The position numbers and the translations under genes were made by a program. From an uncultured Planctomycetales bacterium (GTDB lineage Bacteria; Omnitrophota; Gorgyraeia; Gygaellales; Profunditerraquicolaceae), in contig CAYHBB010000040.1 in NCBI GenBank assembly GCA_964354795.1, forward strand, positions 76,593 through 140,592: 64,000 nt of DNA, in the 5' to 3' direction. The notes below the pieces were generated by a model, which saw nothing but the letters and a program-made list of their open reading frames with translations, was not told where the DNA came from and ran no database searches. Each line of letters opens with the position of its first letter. Position 1 is the first letter of the stretch. Shown in pieces: positions 27,001 through 42,000 of this stretch.

Positions 27001-30000
27001 GCCCTTCCTTAATCCTCCGTTTGCGATATAGCTATTGACGGTCCTGCCGCCGGGAAAGATCACATTGACCAGCCCGCGCTCGGCCTGCACCCTGTTTATT
27101 TCGTTAGCGACAAGGCCCGCGGCAGTCCGGGCAAAATCACGCGAAGTCACGATATGGAAACCAAGATCCTTAAGTAGGCTAAGCGCCAACGGTAACTCAT
27201 TCTTACTGGCCGCAGTAAGCTCAAGAAGATAAGCAATGATCTGTTTTTTAAGCAGCGGGGATTCCTGGGCAAGACGCTTGATAATATCCTTCAGGACGAC
27301 AAAAAACGCCTCCTTATCGATCTGCCCCTGCTTCTTAGGCTTAAAAAGATCGTTCAAAACATTCCTGAATTGCTTCCATAAATCCGGTATCCTGCGGGGA
27401 TCTCTCAATGCCGCGAAAAGCACGGCTTCAAACATCCAGGCCGGCTCTGCTTCATCTGCCCCTAAGACGATCTTACCGTGTTCAGCCTTTACCAGGATGG
27501 AGATGAAGGCTTTGGCGCAGTCCGGAAGTTTTCCGGAATCTTTGATGACTTGATAAAAACGGTCAAAGCAAAATTTCTTATGCTTTACTATCAACTCGAC
27601 CATAGCCACAAGGCACGGTTCATACACGGTCCGGTCAGTCGAAGCAAAGATCTCCTCTAGTACCAGCTTTTTGGCGATGGCGCTGCGTAAGACAGACTGA
27701 CGGATTCCTTCACTTCCGATGCTAGGAGATATAATATTGCTGAGGATATCTGTTTTTAGGAGTAGCTTACGCTGCCTGACCAGGTGGCGCGTAAGGTTCA
27801 GCTTGTAATCACGGATGATACGATAGAAAAGATTATATATATTATCCGCCTCGTCTTCTTCCCCGTCTTCCACGCTATTTAATATATTTGTATTAGGGTC
27901 GAAATTCCGGTAAAAACGCAGTTCAGTGCCCAGATGTCCAACGAAAAGATAAACCAATAAAACCGAGACAGCTCCCAACGCCACGCGCTGCCAAGGCGCG
28001 CCCCCAAACAAGGCCAACATGAATACGGCCGTGATCAATCCGACCAAAACGCACTTGACGGTGATGATAGACGTCTCGGACCGCTTCTGAAGAAGGATGT
28101 CTCCATACTTGGCGACAGCAAAATTGAGAAGCGCAGAATCGTCATCAGGATCTTTCGCAACCTGATCTGCCAGCGCGATAAAATCATCATAGATTGCCCC
28201 ATCCTGACTTAACGCATGCCTCTTCAAATAAGCTTTAGCCCAGGCCTTTATTTCTTCCTGCTCGGAATCGCGTAACGCTTTCCAGGCCGAAACCTCTCTG
28301 CGGATAGCCGCCGCCTCTTCACTGATAGTGTGGTGTGCCTGTTCCTCATGGCACAGCAGCATATAAATAAGCATTGCGGGAACGGGGTGCTGGGGTGAGA
28401 ATAATTCTTCAGATAGGCTTACTGAACCATTCCTGCGCAGGGCTAACGCACCGCGGATCCTAGCCACATTTACCTTTGCGCCCTGCCGCCATAGCTCATG
28501 CACTTTAAATAAAAGCGCCTGATTATCACAGATCAAAGAGAGGAAATCCCTGATGTCTTCGCTATCGCCTTCGATCACAGGAACCGTATTCTTCAACCTT
28601 AAGAATGCAGCGGGAGAAAATAATTCAAGCTGTCGAGGAGCCTGCGGGGACGCAGGAATAAGCTGCCTTAAGGAGGCTTTGGTGGATTCGTAATATTCAG
28701 ATGGCGGCGCCCGGCCCCTGATCGACATCCATTGGATCAGGTCTTTTAGGATATTCCCTCTCTCATCAACCGGCCACACCGGAAGGTCTATCAGCCTCAT
28801 ATTGCTAAAATCGATCCTGGTAAAAAGCCTGTTCAGTCTTTTTTGCTGCTCTTTCTTAAAACAGTCTCCTCGTAATGCCCAAGCCAAAGGACCTTTGTTA
28901 GTCAAAAGATAATCTACCTGCGGACTGCCGTTTCTTAGAGCCGCTGCCTTAAGGTTATTTATCCATCTTTGCGTAGGCGCGATAAATCTCTCATGCGTCC
29001 TTGCCGCGTAATTCATAATATACCTTTCGACTTGATTGAGTCTACGCCGGGTCCTGAAAATCCTCATTTGAGTCCTATAATCATCGTCTTGCCCGTATCC
29101 GGCTACCAAGTTTGGATGGTTTTCTAAATATAGATAATGCTCCTTTATCCAATCCCTCATAGGAAGGCCGCAGATTGTATCATGCTCTAAATCGACTTCG
29201 ATATTATTCCTTCTTAGATCCTCGATACACCCGCAGAAAAGGCCTAAAGACAATACTGAAATAAAAGCTGAAGCCAAAGATAACCCTGAATGGCCTATGG
29301 CGACAGCGATAATCAAACTAAATCCAAAAAGAATAAGCGAAGTAAGAATGGGCGCGGCAGCGCGAAGAAATCTGTGCCTATAATGCAGCGAGGTATTACC
29401 GGAAGCAAACGAGGCTGCCTCAAGCTTTCTCAATAAAACTTCGGGTTTCAAATGCGTGCCATCGACCTTAAAGAGCCAAAAAAGCAGTATCTCCAGCTCT
29501 CTGTCAGCCAGGCCAGCTGCGCATATGACTCGCCGTAGCTCTCTCTTTAAATCTTCCGCAGACAAACCCCTTACCAGTATTTCTTTTTGCCTGAAGAGCT
29601 CTTTTCCCTGCAGGAATATCTTTCGTCTTCTCGCTAGCCCAGAATCTTTGCCTCCCAGGACGTCAAAAGTATCTATACCCAAGATCTGGGCAAGGACAGT
29701 GCCAAAACCAAACCAGTCTTTATGGACGCTGTTTTCGAGCCTGTCGCTCTTTGAGTGCGGGCCAAGATACGAAAAACCGGGAGTGAGTATTATTGATTTA
29801 TTTAGTACATTATCTTTCAATATGGCGCAGGAAAAGTCATATATGATCGGCCCATGGTGCGCAATAGCATCAGGATTTCTGGCTAAGGCAGCGGGTATCC
29901 AGATGTTCCTAGGGCCGAAATCTCGGTGAAGGATCCCCTGATCATGCACGTATTGCAGGCTCCTGGCAATCGAAAGCGCGAGGCGCTTTTTCTGGATTCC

Positions 30001-33000
30001 CGTCCAGTCCGAAAAATCGGCCTTCTCCATCGAAGACCCCTCGGGGAAAAGCTTCATGATCAAGACCGTGCGGTCTTCAGCGGGCAGCTCGGCAAATAAG
30101 TGCGGAAAATCGTTTCTTATCCCGAATCTATGCAGCCGGTAATAGATTTCTGCCTGCGGGGATTCCTGCGGTTCAAACGAAAACGCATGGGGGGAAGTCT
30201 TCGGCTTAGAAACCAGCACAGCGCATCTTTTAAGATGGATCCCAGCTTTCAGGTATTTAAAGACCGCGAACATCCCTCCGTCATCAATAAAGCTGAAGCG
30301 CGAGCCATCCACGTCATATTCATGGCCCTCTTTAGGATTCCTGATGCATAAAGCCTTATGCGCGATCCTCGCCATTTCTTCATCACTGAAGGCGCCTGAG
30401 GAGATCATACCCATCATAGATAAGCCAAATACCGCTATTATCCCGGAATTTACAACAATCTCCGACACTAATAAAGCGCTAGCAACCAAGCCAAGCCCAA
30501 TAAAAATAAACAACCCAGATATGATCAAGTCTACGCGAAGTAAAGATTTGCTCTTTATCGTTTCTTGAATAACCCTCCCTAACAACAATTCTGCGAACAG
30601 TTCGATATTGTCGCATTGCGGATTAAGCGTTCTCAGTATTGAAGATGCTTCCGATAACATGCGTCTTTTTAGCTTATCTTTATCATGCCTGAATTCAGCA
30701 TGGTTTGAGTAAAGGAAATATTTATACGCCAGGCTGCCTATTACATCTATCTCCTTATCCTTTAGTTCTCTGACTATTTTATCCAGGCGTTCATTTAAGG
30801 CCTTTTTATGCAGGTATTGACTGATCAGTATTACACAGATAAACGCAATTAAAATACCAGCGACAAAATAGACGCAAGGATGGATTACGGCAAACGGCAA
30901 AATTGTAAATCCCATTGCGCCGGGATTATTATCTGACTTATAAAACTTACGCTTAAGCAACCATACAATAGGTATCAGGGAAGCTAATATTACGGCGAGA
31001 TTTTCCCGGATCTTCTCCCAGATTATCTGAATGATATCCGGCACTCCGGGTTTGCCTTCCTCCTCTATATTTATCTTCCTATCTCTCTCGACGTTTTTCT
31101 GCGCATTTTCAATAAGATTTCGCGCTGCCTGAGGGCAGGCGACCTGTTCGATCAAGCTACCCCCAAGCGTTACGAAATTACTGCCTTTCGCAAAATAAAC
31201 ATTATTGGTGCTGGCTGCTGAGCACAAAACCGATGTGAATAGAATGATGAACGCCGCGAAAATACTGTTTACTGCGCGGCAGGAATCGTTATCCGGCCCG
31301 TTGGCCACCGCCGCTTCCTTTATAATCTTTATTCTCTCCACAAAAAGAGAAGGCGAAGAGTCAAAATGGACAAATACTTTTCTGATGGCAGGAAGATGTA
31401 AATCTTCGGTTAGTTCTAATGTTCCTGAACTAAATCTGACGGCGTTCACAAAAAGGCGCGCCTTGCAGGCAACAGTTCCTTCTCTGGCCATGATCCGTTC
31501 ATATTCCACTTCCTGACCTACGGAGAAATCCAGTATTTCAAGCTGCTTAGAGGCTTCGGTGAATTCCGGTTTTGTTTCAGTAAGCTTCTTAGCTTCCCTG
31601 TGCGTTTTCTTTATTACGGCTTCTTGGTATCCATGGTAGGAGACTGCCTCAAGCGCAGTGGCGAGGTTGCCGTTGAATTTCTCGGAGAAATCATCGGCAA
31701 ATTCTTTGGAAGAGAAATATATTTCGAGGGCACCTTTGTATCTACGCTCCCAGATGAATTTCTTAAGCGGCGGCGCGCGCGGGTTCTGACTGGTGAAATA
31801 GAAGAACTTGACCGGCGTGATGCATATGGCCGCAGAGAATCCGTTGAATTCAGGAAGCGAAGCGAACGCGCGTTTACGGATCAGGGCCTTACACCCCTTT
31901 ACTTCATCATCGCATAAATTCCCGAAAAATCCGTGCTTTTGACCATCGGACCGCCCTTCTTCCCGACTACTGCCGCAATTGCCATTTAAATCTGTGTTGA
32001 CGCGCGACTGCGCAGCTCCGATCTTCACATATGAGCCCTCGCCCCGGCTTACATAATCTACTATCTTAGTGAATATTTCCCTGGCGCTAAGACCCTGCGC
32101 CCGGCAGAGAGTGTTCGTAAAATCTCCGATAACGATCATTTTCTCCTTTGCCCGGGAAAGTGATACGTTTATCCGCTGCAAGCCGTCCATGGTCTCAAGA
32201 AAACCGATATTCTTAAGCTCCCCTTCGCTGCCATATTTACTACGCACCATAGAAACTATCACTACCTTGTTCTCCTGTCCCTGGATAGCATCGATAGTAT
32301 TGACCATAACGTGTATCTTGTGCACATCTTCTTCGCTGAATAGCCTGCGGCCCTGTAAAGAAAGATCGAATTTCACAAACTTAAGGAACGAATACAGACT
32401 CGAGGGATAGGGGTCCTTGATGAAATTTACGATAAAGCTGCGGCCGCGCGGATTAGACATGGCCTCTATATCAACCCTCAAGCTTTCCCTCAAAACACTT
32501 TTATCCTCATCCGTAAGATTAACTTTAGATTGGCCACTGGAACGTATTTTATCGATTACTGACTTTAAACGAAGAGCCAGGACTATCTCTTCATTTTGCG
32601 CAGCATAGGGTGAGATAATCGTGACGTCCTCGAAACCGTAGCGCCAGCTCTCATCCGACTTTACCTGATTTAAGATCAATTCCAACTCGCGCAAAACCGT
32701 GCTTACTTCGCGGATATTATAAGAGGAGAAGTTAAGCTGTGCCTCGCGGCCTGCGATATCAATGAGCTTAAGCGTATCTTCCTCAGCTATCTCCTTATCC
32801 TGCGCCTCATGGTCGCGCGCAAACAACTGGCCATCGTAAAAGATATTCACCAGCCCGGTGATCAACGGATGCGAACGTCTGTTCACTCTAAGCAGGTGGT
32901 GATCAAGGGAAATTCCGCGGTCACGCTGAAGTTCAAATGCGCGCTGGAAAAGAGAAATCTTGAAACTCCAGAGGTTGTCAGGCAAGAATATTTCTTCAAG

Positions 33001-36000
33001 CGGCGGCAGGCTGAATCGCTGCTCGAGGGTCTTACCTTCCTGGCGCATGATCGCCGCCTCTTCGTGCACCATCGCCTCCATATCCTGGCTGACTCCGAAA
33101 GCGGGAAGCTGCATGTGGTCTCCGACCAGGACGATCTTTTCTCCTGCCATCAACACAGGAACGATCGTTTCGGCGATAGTGGCGCGGCCGGCTTCTTCGA
33201 TGATCACGATATCAAACCTTCTGAAGAAACCGTTCTGGCGGATAAATTTGTCATTAAGGAACCCGTTATTCGTCCCAAGGATGACAAAACCGGATTTCTT
33301 CTTAGCATACCCCTGCTCAAACTCACGCAGGCACCTCTCGCGGTTCTTCCAGTTGGCTTTTATCTCATCGCTTATCTTCTCCTCCTGATTGCCGACGCGT
33401 ACAAAGGGTATTTGCGCCCTGCTCAGGCGCTCGCCGATATTGTTCACAGCAGCGTTAGACTGAGATACCACAAGCACCCGCTTTCCGTATTTAATATAAT
33501 ATCTTACAATGTCAGTTATGGTGGTAGTCTTGCCTGTACCGGGAGGGCCCTGAATAAGTGTGACAGAAGGCTCAAGACTTATGCCGGAAAGTACCGCGTT
33601 TCTCTGAGAGACATCGCTACGTATCAATTCGCTCACCGAGTCGATGTTTCTATCCCGGAAATCTCCCGGCTTATCCTTTTTCAACCCAAAGAGTATATCT
33701 AGGTAAGGATTAGCCGTGGTAGCCTTGCCGCGCGCAATTGACGACTGTAATTCTCCTATGACGCTGTCAAAATCTTCCTTCTGCCTTAAAAGAGAGGTGT
33801 CTTCGACTCTCTTGATGAAGCCTTTTGACCTGATGCAAATTAGGGCGCGCTCTTTCTGCTCGATGTTATCAAATTTAAAGACGATACTATTATCTTCCGC
33901 ATTTACTCCGACGACTTCAAAATAGTCATCGGTAACGGTCTCGCCTTCAAAATCAAGAAAGACAAAGCTGTCGCCTATGCGAGCCACATCTTTTGAGCGT
34001 ACGGTTATCCCTTCGAGAGCCGCAACCCGGTTATCGGTCTTCAGACGAAGCCCCCGCACAGTGAATGTATCTTCGAACTCTCCCTTAGGTAAGGCGCAGG
34101 AAGAATACAAATATTTGAAGGAGCCGTAAACATTTTTGATCCTGCGCTGCCTGTGTTCGACAGCAGTCAGGAGCGCTGAGATGATTCTATAATGGGGAAT
34201 AAGAAGTCTTAAGGTAATATTCCCGAGGGCAACGCTCTGCGCTTTCGCAAAATCTTCGTAGCCGGAATTTTTCTTTATCAATTCCGAAGCAAAGGTAAAA
34301 ACGGTCTCAAACTCGCCCTGTTTATTCATCCCCTCGAGGACTCCCAGGATCTCAGCGCACACCATCCTTACTTCTGGGCCGAGTGAAAAAGCGGCTAAAT
34401 ACATATCTTTAGTCCTGACAAAATCATTCTCTTGCAGAGTTTTGCGCGCCTCTTTCAAGATAGCTTCTCTTTTTTCAATAAGAGACCTGGCCTCTTCGAT
34501 TAGTTTTGCGGCCCGATGGTCATCAGGGCAAATCTTCAGGATTTTCTCGGCCGACTTCAGCGCTTCATCGGGATTACGGCCGCACAGGCTTTGCGCGCGC
34601 TCAAAAAGCTCAATCTTCTGAAGGAATCTGGTGATTGTCTGGTCTTTATCCGAACCTGTTGCAGGATTAAGCGCCTGTGCTAGCCTGCGCGCTTCGGCAA
34701 GATTACCAGCAGAATACTGTTCCTGCGCCTCTGACATCGTGTTCACTGTTAAGTAGAAAGCATGCGCGGCGGTATCCTGGGCGTTAAGGCCAAGAGCAGT
34801 ATTAAGCCAATTCAGCGCCCGCTGATAGTCAAAAGTACTGTATGCCTGACGTGCTTCTACCATGAGGCTAAGTATCCTCTCTGAGCGTTCGATAAACCAG
34901 ACACATTCGCCTCTCTTCAGCGCCAGCTCTCCTTCTATGCCCAGATACGCCTTCGCATCAGAGATCACTTGCGGATAAGAGCCCGTCTGAAAAAGCTGTT
35001 CCAAACGTAAGAGCACGATATCCGCGTCTTGCGCGGCAAGGTTATTGATTTCCGTTTTAAAGCCCGCGAAGGAGCGGCGGATAGCCTTATTGCTTATCCT
35101 TTCAGCGTCTATCTCGCTTACAAAACGATAAAGTCCATTCGAGTAAAAATATCCCAATAGGTGCAATACCTCTTCTAGTCTCATACCGTTGGAATCTTTC
35201 CCCTCAAGCAGGCAAGGCAAGGCAGCGCACAGATAATCGACAAATGGTTTACTACGATTCATCACAAGAAACAAGATAATCAGCTTCTTTTCTTCCTGAG
35301 CAATAGAAACCTCGCAAAGCATGGGAAGCAGTGATTGGGTAATCCTTTCTTTGGCGGACTCAGGAAGAAAGATAAAAACCCTGGAAAAAGCGAAGAGCAA
35401 TGTGTCGACTACCTGGGGATCGGGATCAAGGCGCAAAAACATAAGCATTTCTCGCCTGATGGAGTCTTCCTGGCCGCTGCGAGCCAGGGCATAAAAACGG
35501 CAAACGCTTAAAGCGCAATAGAGCGGGAAATAACTCACAGGCAGCTTAGTAATATCGGCAACTCTTTCTTTGAGGCTCATAAAATCATCTTTGAATATAT
35601 CGTCAAACGCCGCAATCAAGGCCTTCCCGATATCGGGTAAATTTTGCTGCTTGGCGAATGCCTTACGGATACTTTCTGCCATGGAAGCGGCCTTTTCGGT
35701 TCCGAAATCATCTCCGGCATCCTCAAGCGACTTTGCGGTAAAAGCCATGAGGATTGCATGCAGGATAACAGCCTCAAACATAGCGGATTGCTGCGATATC
35801 ATTGATGCCATGAGGTCCGAAATATTCACCAGCACCTTAAGGTTATTGCCGGATAACTTATAAAACATTGCCAGCGACTCCCAGTCGTTTATCCGCACAG
35901 GTTCCTTCTCCTGCTTTTTATTATTTACAAAGGCTTCTCGGGACTGAACGAGCTTATACAGCTGGCTTTTGAAATTGATCATCCGGTTTGCGTTTGCGCT

Positions 36001-39000
36001 AAACTCATCAGCAATAAAATCAGCTTTTGCGCTGGCCAGATCTTCGCCGACCAGTTTGAATATCTGGGGATCCAGGCTGTTTCCTGCCTGCAGGCATTCA
36101 TATTCTTTCAGGAATCCTTGGGCCTTGCTAAAGGCGTGATTTTGATATGCGTCTTTAAATGCCATCGCAAGCGCAAAGACATACTCCGGTGTCCGTTGAT
36201 GATAGCGGTAACTGCGGAAGAGCGCGATAACTTTTTCTATGCATTCAAAATCGCGCTTCTGCTCTATTAGAGCGGCGGGGATAGTCATCCTTTGATCAGA
36301 AATACTTATTAGTCCTTCAAGGCCGATAAGTACGAGCCTTCTTACTGATTCAACATACAGACAGGGACCTGCGAAAGCAATAATGCCCTCAAAGACGCTT
36401 TGCATATGCGGCCGGTCATTCTTGCAGGAATCAATAATGTTATGCCACCACCTGCAGATAACACCCATAAAGCTTGAGGCATAAGAATCCTCTTCCTGCG
36501 GCCTGCGCTGTTCGTTGAGATCGCCAAAATTATCATTCATCCAGGCAAGCACATGCCGGATGAGGCCTATGGCGCTATCAACCTGTTTCTTTTGGGTAAG
36601 TTTCCCTAGATGGATATCGGTCCGCGCCAGCGCAGCCTGCATATCTTCTGCCAACTGCTTGCCTTTGGAATGAGAAAAAGCACCGTAACTCTCGTGGGCT
36701 TTCTTTATTGCTGTAAGGCGGTCGAATAGGCCCTGAATATCCTTGGTCTCAATATTAAGCGCTACGACCTCTTCGGCTGTCGGGGGTTGATCGTTATTCT
36801 CTTCGCAGTTTAAGGCGCTGTTTAAAAGCCCCTGAAGCGCGGATTTATAGGTATCCTCAAAGCGTATTTCAAATAATTCTTCGGCTTGCAACAAGAGTTC
36901 AAGCTCTTTCTTACGAGTTTTAAAATATTCGAAGCTCGCGCGGCAGGCTTCTCCGTGATTTCCATATAAGAATTTCGCTGTCTCATGGCGCAATATATCG
37001 CTGAAAAATACCTCGAAAATAACGCAGCGGGGATCGTATCGATCATACGGCGGAGCGCGCGCGGCGATCTCATCAAGTACGGTTATTTTAGCTGAGCCGC
37101 CTTCCACTTCAGCAATATTTCCGGAAGCGGTACTATCGCTGAATCCGACTTCAAATTCCCGGTCAGGCCTGAAACGCGTAAAATATTTCTTAATATATTT
37201 ATAAATTTCCTTTAAATTGGCCTTGCCGTTGCCCTTGATCTGGCCGCAGAGGGTCGCCGGATAGGCATGCGAGCCAAGGCGTCCTGCCATCTTCTTATTC
37301 TGTTTTGCCCTTTCGCTCAGGGCCCTTTTAATAAGCAGATGAGCAAGGTTCTCTACCTTTTTACGGCCTTCACCGACCCTACTAAGTATAGAAATTGCTT
37401 CATGCAATAACGCATCCCGAAATTTTTCTTTATTATCCTGATATTCCTTCTTTTGCAAAAGAAAATCATATTTAATCACGAGCTCGCGCACCCCATCTTT
37501 TCCCTGCTTCTTAAGCTTATTCAGCATATCATCCAGGTAAATATTCAATATTTCCTCTGTATTGTCTTTTGAGCCTGACTTTACAGATAAGAATATTATT
37601 ACTCCCAATATTATGATACCGACAATACCAATGGCCACATAAGCCGATACCGGAATAACAGCCAGCGGCAAGGCCGCGATCCCCATCATTGCGGAATTAT
37701 TCCTCTTTTCTTCATCCGCCTTGCGCTTAATCCACGGCATCAATGAAGCTATAGCAGCCAAGATTGCAAGAGACACAACAGCTATCTTGCCGCACTTCTT
37801 TGACTCCTGTTCAAGCTGTTCTTCAATTTTACGCGTCTCTTCATTATTCTTAGCGATTATCACCTGCCCTTGCGCTATTTCCCTGCGGTAATCCTGGTTA
37901 AGCAACGTATCCTCATCCAGCGCTTTTTCGTCTAATCCAGAGAATCGCGCTTTCGGGTTATTTGTGAACTCGCTAGCCGTAAGATCGACCAAAACCCCAT
38001 CCTGCATTACCGTGAAACTCCCGAATAGTTTCGCAATAAAGCTATCAAATTTTTCTTCAGATGAGCCGAAACAGAAACAAAAATCTTTCGTGGAATTAGT
38101 CACATCCACTAAGGCAAAGGTGCCATCGCTTAATCTTACAATATTCGCCACATGGTGGTATTCTTGGCCAGACTCATTCTTTGCTGTGCAGGGAACCGTC
38201 CCGGCGTCTAGGCCGCAAACCCTGGCCATCACCTCAAAAAGGCGCGCATATGTCGCGCAGATCGCCTTCTTTTGCTCGAGCGCTTCCCCGATAAGCAGGC
38301 TCTCATCTGTATAGGAAAGATTTGACCTGATGACATGAATAAGCCATTTTGCCGTCTGCATCTCTATGTTCACCCAATCTTTAGCGTAGTCTTTACGTAC
38401 CTGCTCGTTCTTAAGCAGCTGCCCGATCTGTGACAGAGTTACTGCAGTGAAATTTGTTTTATATGCCTGATTATATAAAATGACAAATTGCTCATAAGCT
38501 TCCCGCGCGAACTTAGATTCCTGGTTAGCTTTATCGATCCATCCGCTAAACACTGCTTCTAATTTATCGTCGTTATAACCGGCTTTCTGCAAAGAAACCC
38601 TATCCGAATCAATAAAAGCATATTTGCTGACTGTATTGGTGTCTGGGCCCTGGGCAAAAACACCGCTAGCACATATTCCAGACAAAAGGAGCATGCAAAT
38701 GGTTTTGCCGAATAAATACTCGACCAAACCGTTGCCTTTACGTAAATGCAGCGCCCGAAGAAAGCTGGAAGGATCTTCTTCTTCCGCCTGATAAGCCTGA
38801 AGCATCCTTAACTCCGGATCAGCCTTCATTAAAGGCATGATTATATCCAGGATCTTTCCCGCCCTTATAGGATGGCTTAATTTTCTAATCGCCTTGGCTT
38901 TCAACTGCTTTATCCTTCCTTCACTTACACATAATTCATCTGCCAGCTCCTTGTCAGATAGTCTTGCGCTCATGCCAAGATAATTACGCATTACGATCTC

Positions 39001-42000
39001 TTCCCTGGCGGTAAGAGTAGGCAACACAACTTCCAGCGCGCGCTCCAAAGCAGCTCTTCTTTGGGTGGAGAAATCAGGAATATTCTCCAACACCGCATCA
39101 AAAGAACCCAAAGGCATCATCTCCTGCTGGCTATAAACCTTAATATAAGCGCGGACTTCCGGAGTAAGTATGGATTTATTACGGAAAGATCCTACCTGGG
39201 CCTTGAGAGCCTCAAGTTCTGTAGATTGTCTTTCGTGGATATCGGAGACTTCTTTAATGAAGAAATCTATCACCTCTTTGGGATAACCTTTGTTCTTAAG
39301 GATCCCCCTTACCGTATCTTCCTGGCCTTCGATAAGCCAGCCTAAAACGTTATCAGCTATCTCAAATTCTTCCGGAGGCCCCTGCTCTTTGCCTGAATCC
39401 TCGATATATTGAGTTGCGATATCCAAAGCCATTTGCGAGAGAAGCGTAAACTCGTGGCGATATTGCGGATATAATTTTGCCCCAAAGCCCTGTCCCGCGG
39501 CGGTGATGGGGTGGGAAACGACCTCTTCCAAATGCCCGATACCCATGATCCTATACAGCGCAAATTTCGCCCATACCTGTAACTGCAAGGGTTCCTGCGG
39601 ATCCTTCATGATGTTTTCAAACAGCGTACGCGACCAATGGAGATACTGGCGGGAGCTTTCTTGATGCCACTTCAAAACAATAGATAAACATACGACCGCG
39701 TCTTTTCGCACCAGCGCATCGTTATCTTTATTGATGATGACCTTGAACAAGATATTCGCCAATCTGTCTTTTTCTGCATCTGTAATATAGTAAGACAGGC
39801 GGCCAAGGGCAAAAAGCTGAAAGCGAAGTTCGCAAAGCGTAAAGTTATCCAACCTGCCGTCTTCGCGTACACCCTGCTCGCATCCTACGAGACTCTCCAG
39901 CTTATCGATATATATAGGTATGTCTCTGCGGTGATAAAACAATCCCATAGGAGCCATCTCAATAGCGATCTCATAGAGGGAATGGCGGTAAGGCAGTTTT
40001 CCCTGCGTACGCTCCTGGTCTATCTGGGTAAACTTCATCAGGTATGGGTCTTTTTTGCGGACCAAAGAATCGGCCCTTTCAAAGATAGCGGAAGCGTGTT
40101 TACGTACCAAGTCGATCAGGTCAAAAGAAAAATCAGCCTCTGACTCAAGCCAATCCTCTAAAAGCGCCATTACCCGGTGCAATACCAGAATATCTATTTC
40201 ATCAGTGACATGGATACGGTAGAAATCAGAGTCCCGTAGGATAGCAGCGACACCGTTAGCGTGATTATGGCGGATGTCTTCGCGTGAACAACAGATGCCT
40301 CCGCCGTTAAGCAACTCTCCTGGAAGGTAGATTATCCCGTGTTTCTTTAATTCCGCCTGCAAAGAACGCTTAATGGCGTTATTCGCTCCTTCGGAAATAA
40401 TCAGACACTGCAATTTGGAAATCTGCGCGATATCACAAATAACATTGGCTGCCGCCGCCAGACACAATATAGTCGTCTTCTGGTATATAAGCTCATTTAC
40501 AATCGTGGCGTCCCCGAATACCGCTTTTACTCCACGAGAAACTAACCCCTCTGTCAGCTCTTTGATTTCGGCATCGCTAAAGACGTTTTTGCCCGTTTTG
40601 GGATTAAGGGGATTGGCTATCCAGATTGTCGAGTGCTCCAATCCGTCGAGATTCCGCATCCCCAATAAATTCTTCAGCGTCAGCTTATCCGGGTCAGCTT
40701 CGGCAATGCTGCGCGCCTCAAGGAGAAAATCTCTCGGCAAACCCTCCTCGCGGTAAATAGCAAAGAACTTATTGGAGAAACCGCGTATCTTGAAATTGAA
40801 TATGGAAAAAAGAGTCATAAGAAGCTTGGCCACGCCGCTGCCTACATCGCCAAATCCCTGAATGATCCAGCTGATACAATTAAAATCTATTTTCAGGTTC
40901 CTGATGAATTCAATCACTTCCGCAGGATAATAAGCGCTGGCATCCAAAATATGCTTTAACATCCTTAATGCGGTGACCGTACCCTGCACCACCCCACGGC
41001 TGGTGACCATCCAGGCGGTATGAGAAAATCCGCCTTCTGATTCCGGGTTGCTGGTTGTAGGCTTCAAAACCTCTTTTTCATCGATAGGCTTTATGCCTAA
41101 ACGCTGGGCATTGGCATTGATATCCCGGACGGTTTCTTTTGCAGTCCTGACCATAATACCCATGCGCCTGTCCACATCGCGCATCATATCGGGCCCGTCG
41201 ATAATCGCAAATCCTAAAAGGCGCGCAATAACCATAGCCCTGGTATATTCTTCAAAGACCTTATCTTCTTCAGCAAGGATCCTTGCCTTCTCTTCATCGC
41301 TTTGGCCGGGCTGCGAAGAAACGCTGGGGCCTAAACGCGTGATGCGGTCTCCGCCCTTACCCATCAATAATCCCATATCATAAATATCCTGCGGGCCGTA
41401 AAGCACAGGCATACCTATCCAATTATCCTTATCCTGGATAGCGAAGGTAGTCTTCTTTCCGTGATAAGGGATTTCCCAGATTGCATTCTTATATTCCATG
41501 GAATTGGCCAGCTGGGAGCCTTCATGGGCGAGCCCGAGCTTACTACGCGGATCAAGGATAATATTGACCTCTTTTAAGACTCCGCGGCCGACGAAAACAA
41601 TAAGCAGCGGGTTTTTGTCCAACGGGCAATTCCTGAAGATTTCGCCTTTGAGCGCGATGGCGATAGGTAAGTTTTTTTCTTTCCTGTACGCGTCATCAGT
41701 CGTGTCTACAATGACATTTGCCTCTATCTCTTCCGCGGTCAGGTCTAATTTTTCTCCTAGCTTAAAGATATTAATGATAGACTGGATGAGTTGTTCTCTA
41801 TCAGCCTGCATATTGCAAAAATCAAGAAGCGACAGTTCTTCTTTATTACTTATTCGGGTAAGGTTTGCTTCTATTTCTAGCTTTGCGCCTTCGGAAAACT
41901 TTTTACGCTCAGGCAAAGATTTACCTCTATGCATTACTTTGCGGATTAACTCCTCGATCTCGGTGTTTGTATCGTGCTGGGTCCGCAAGGCCAAAGACGC

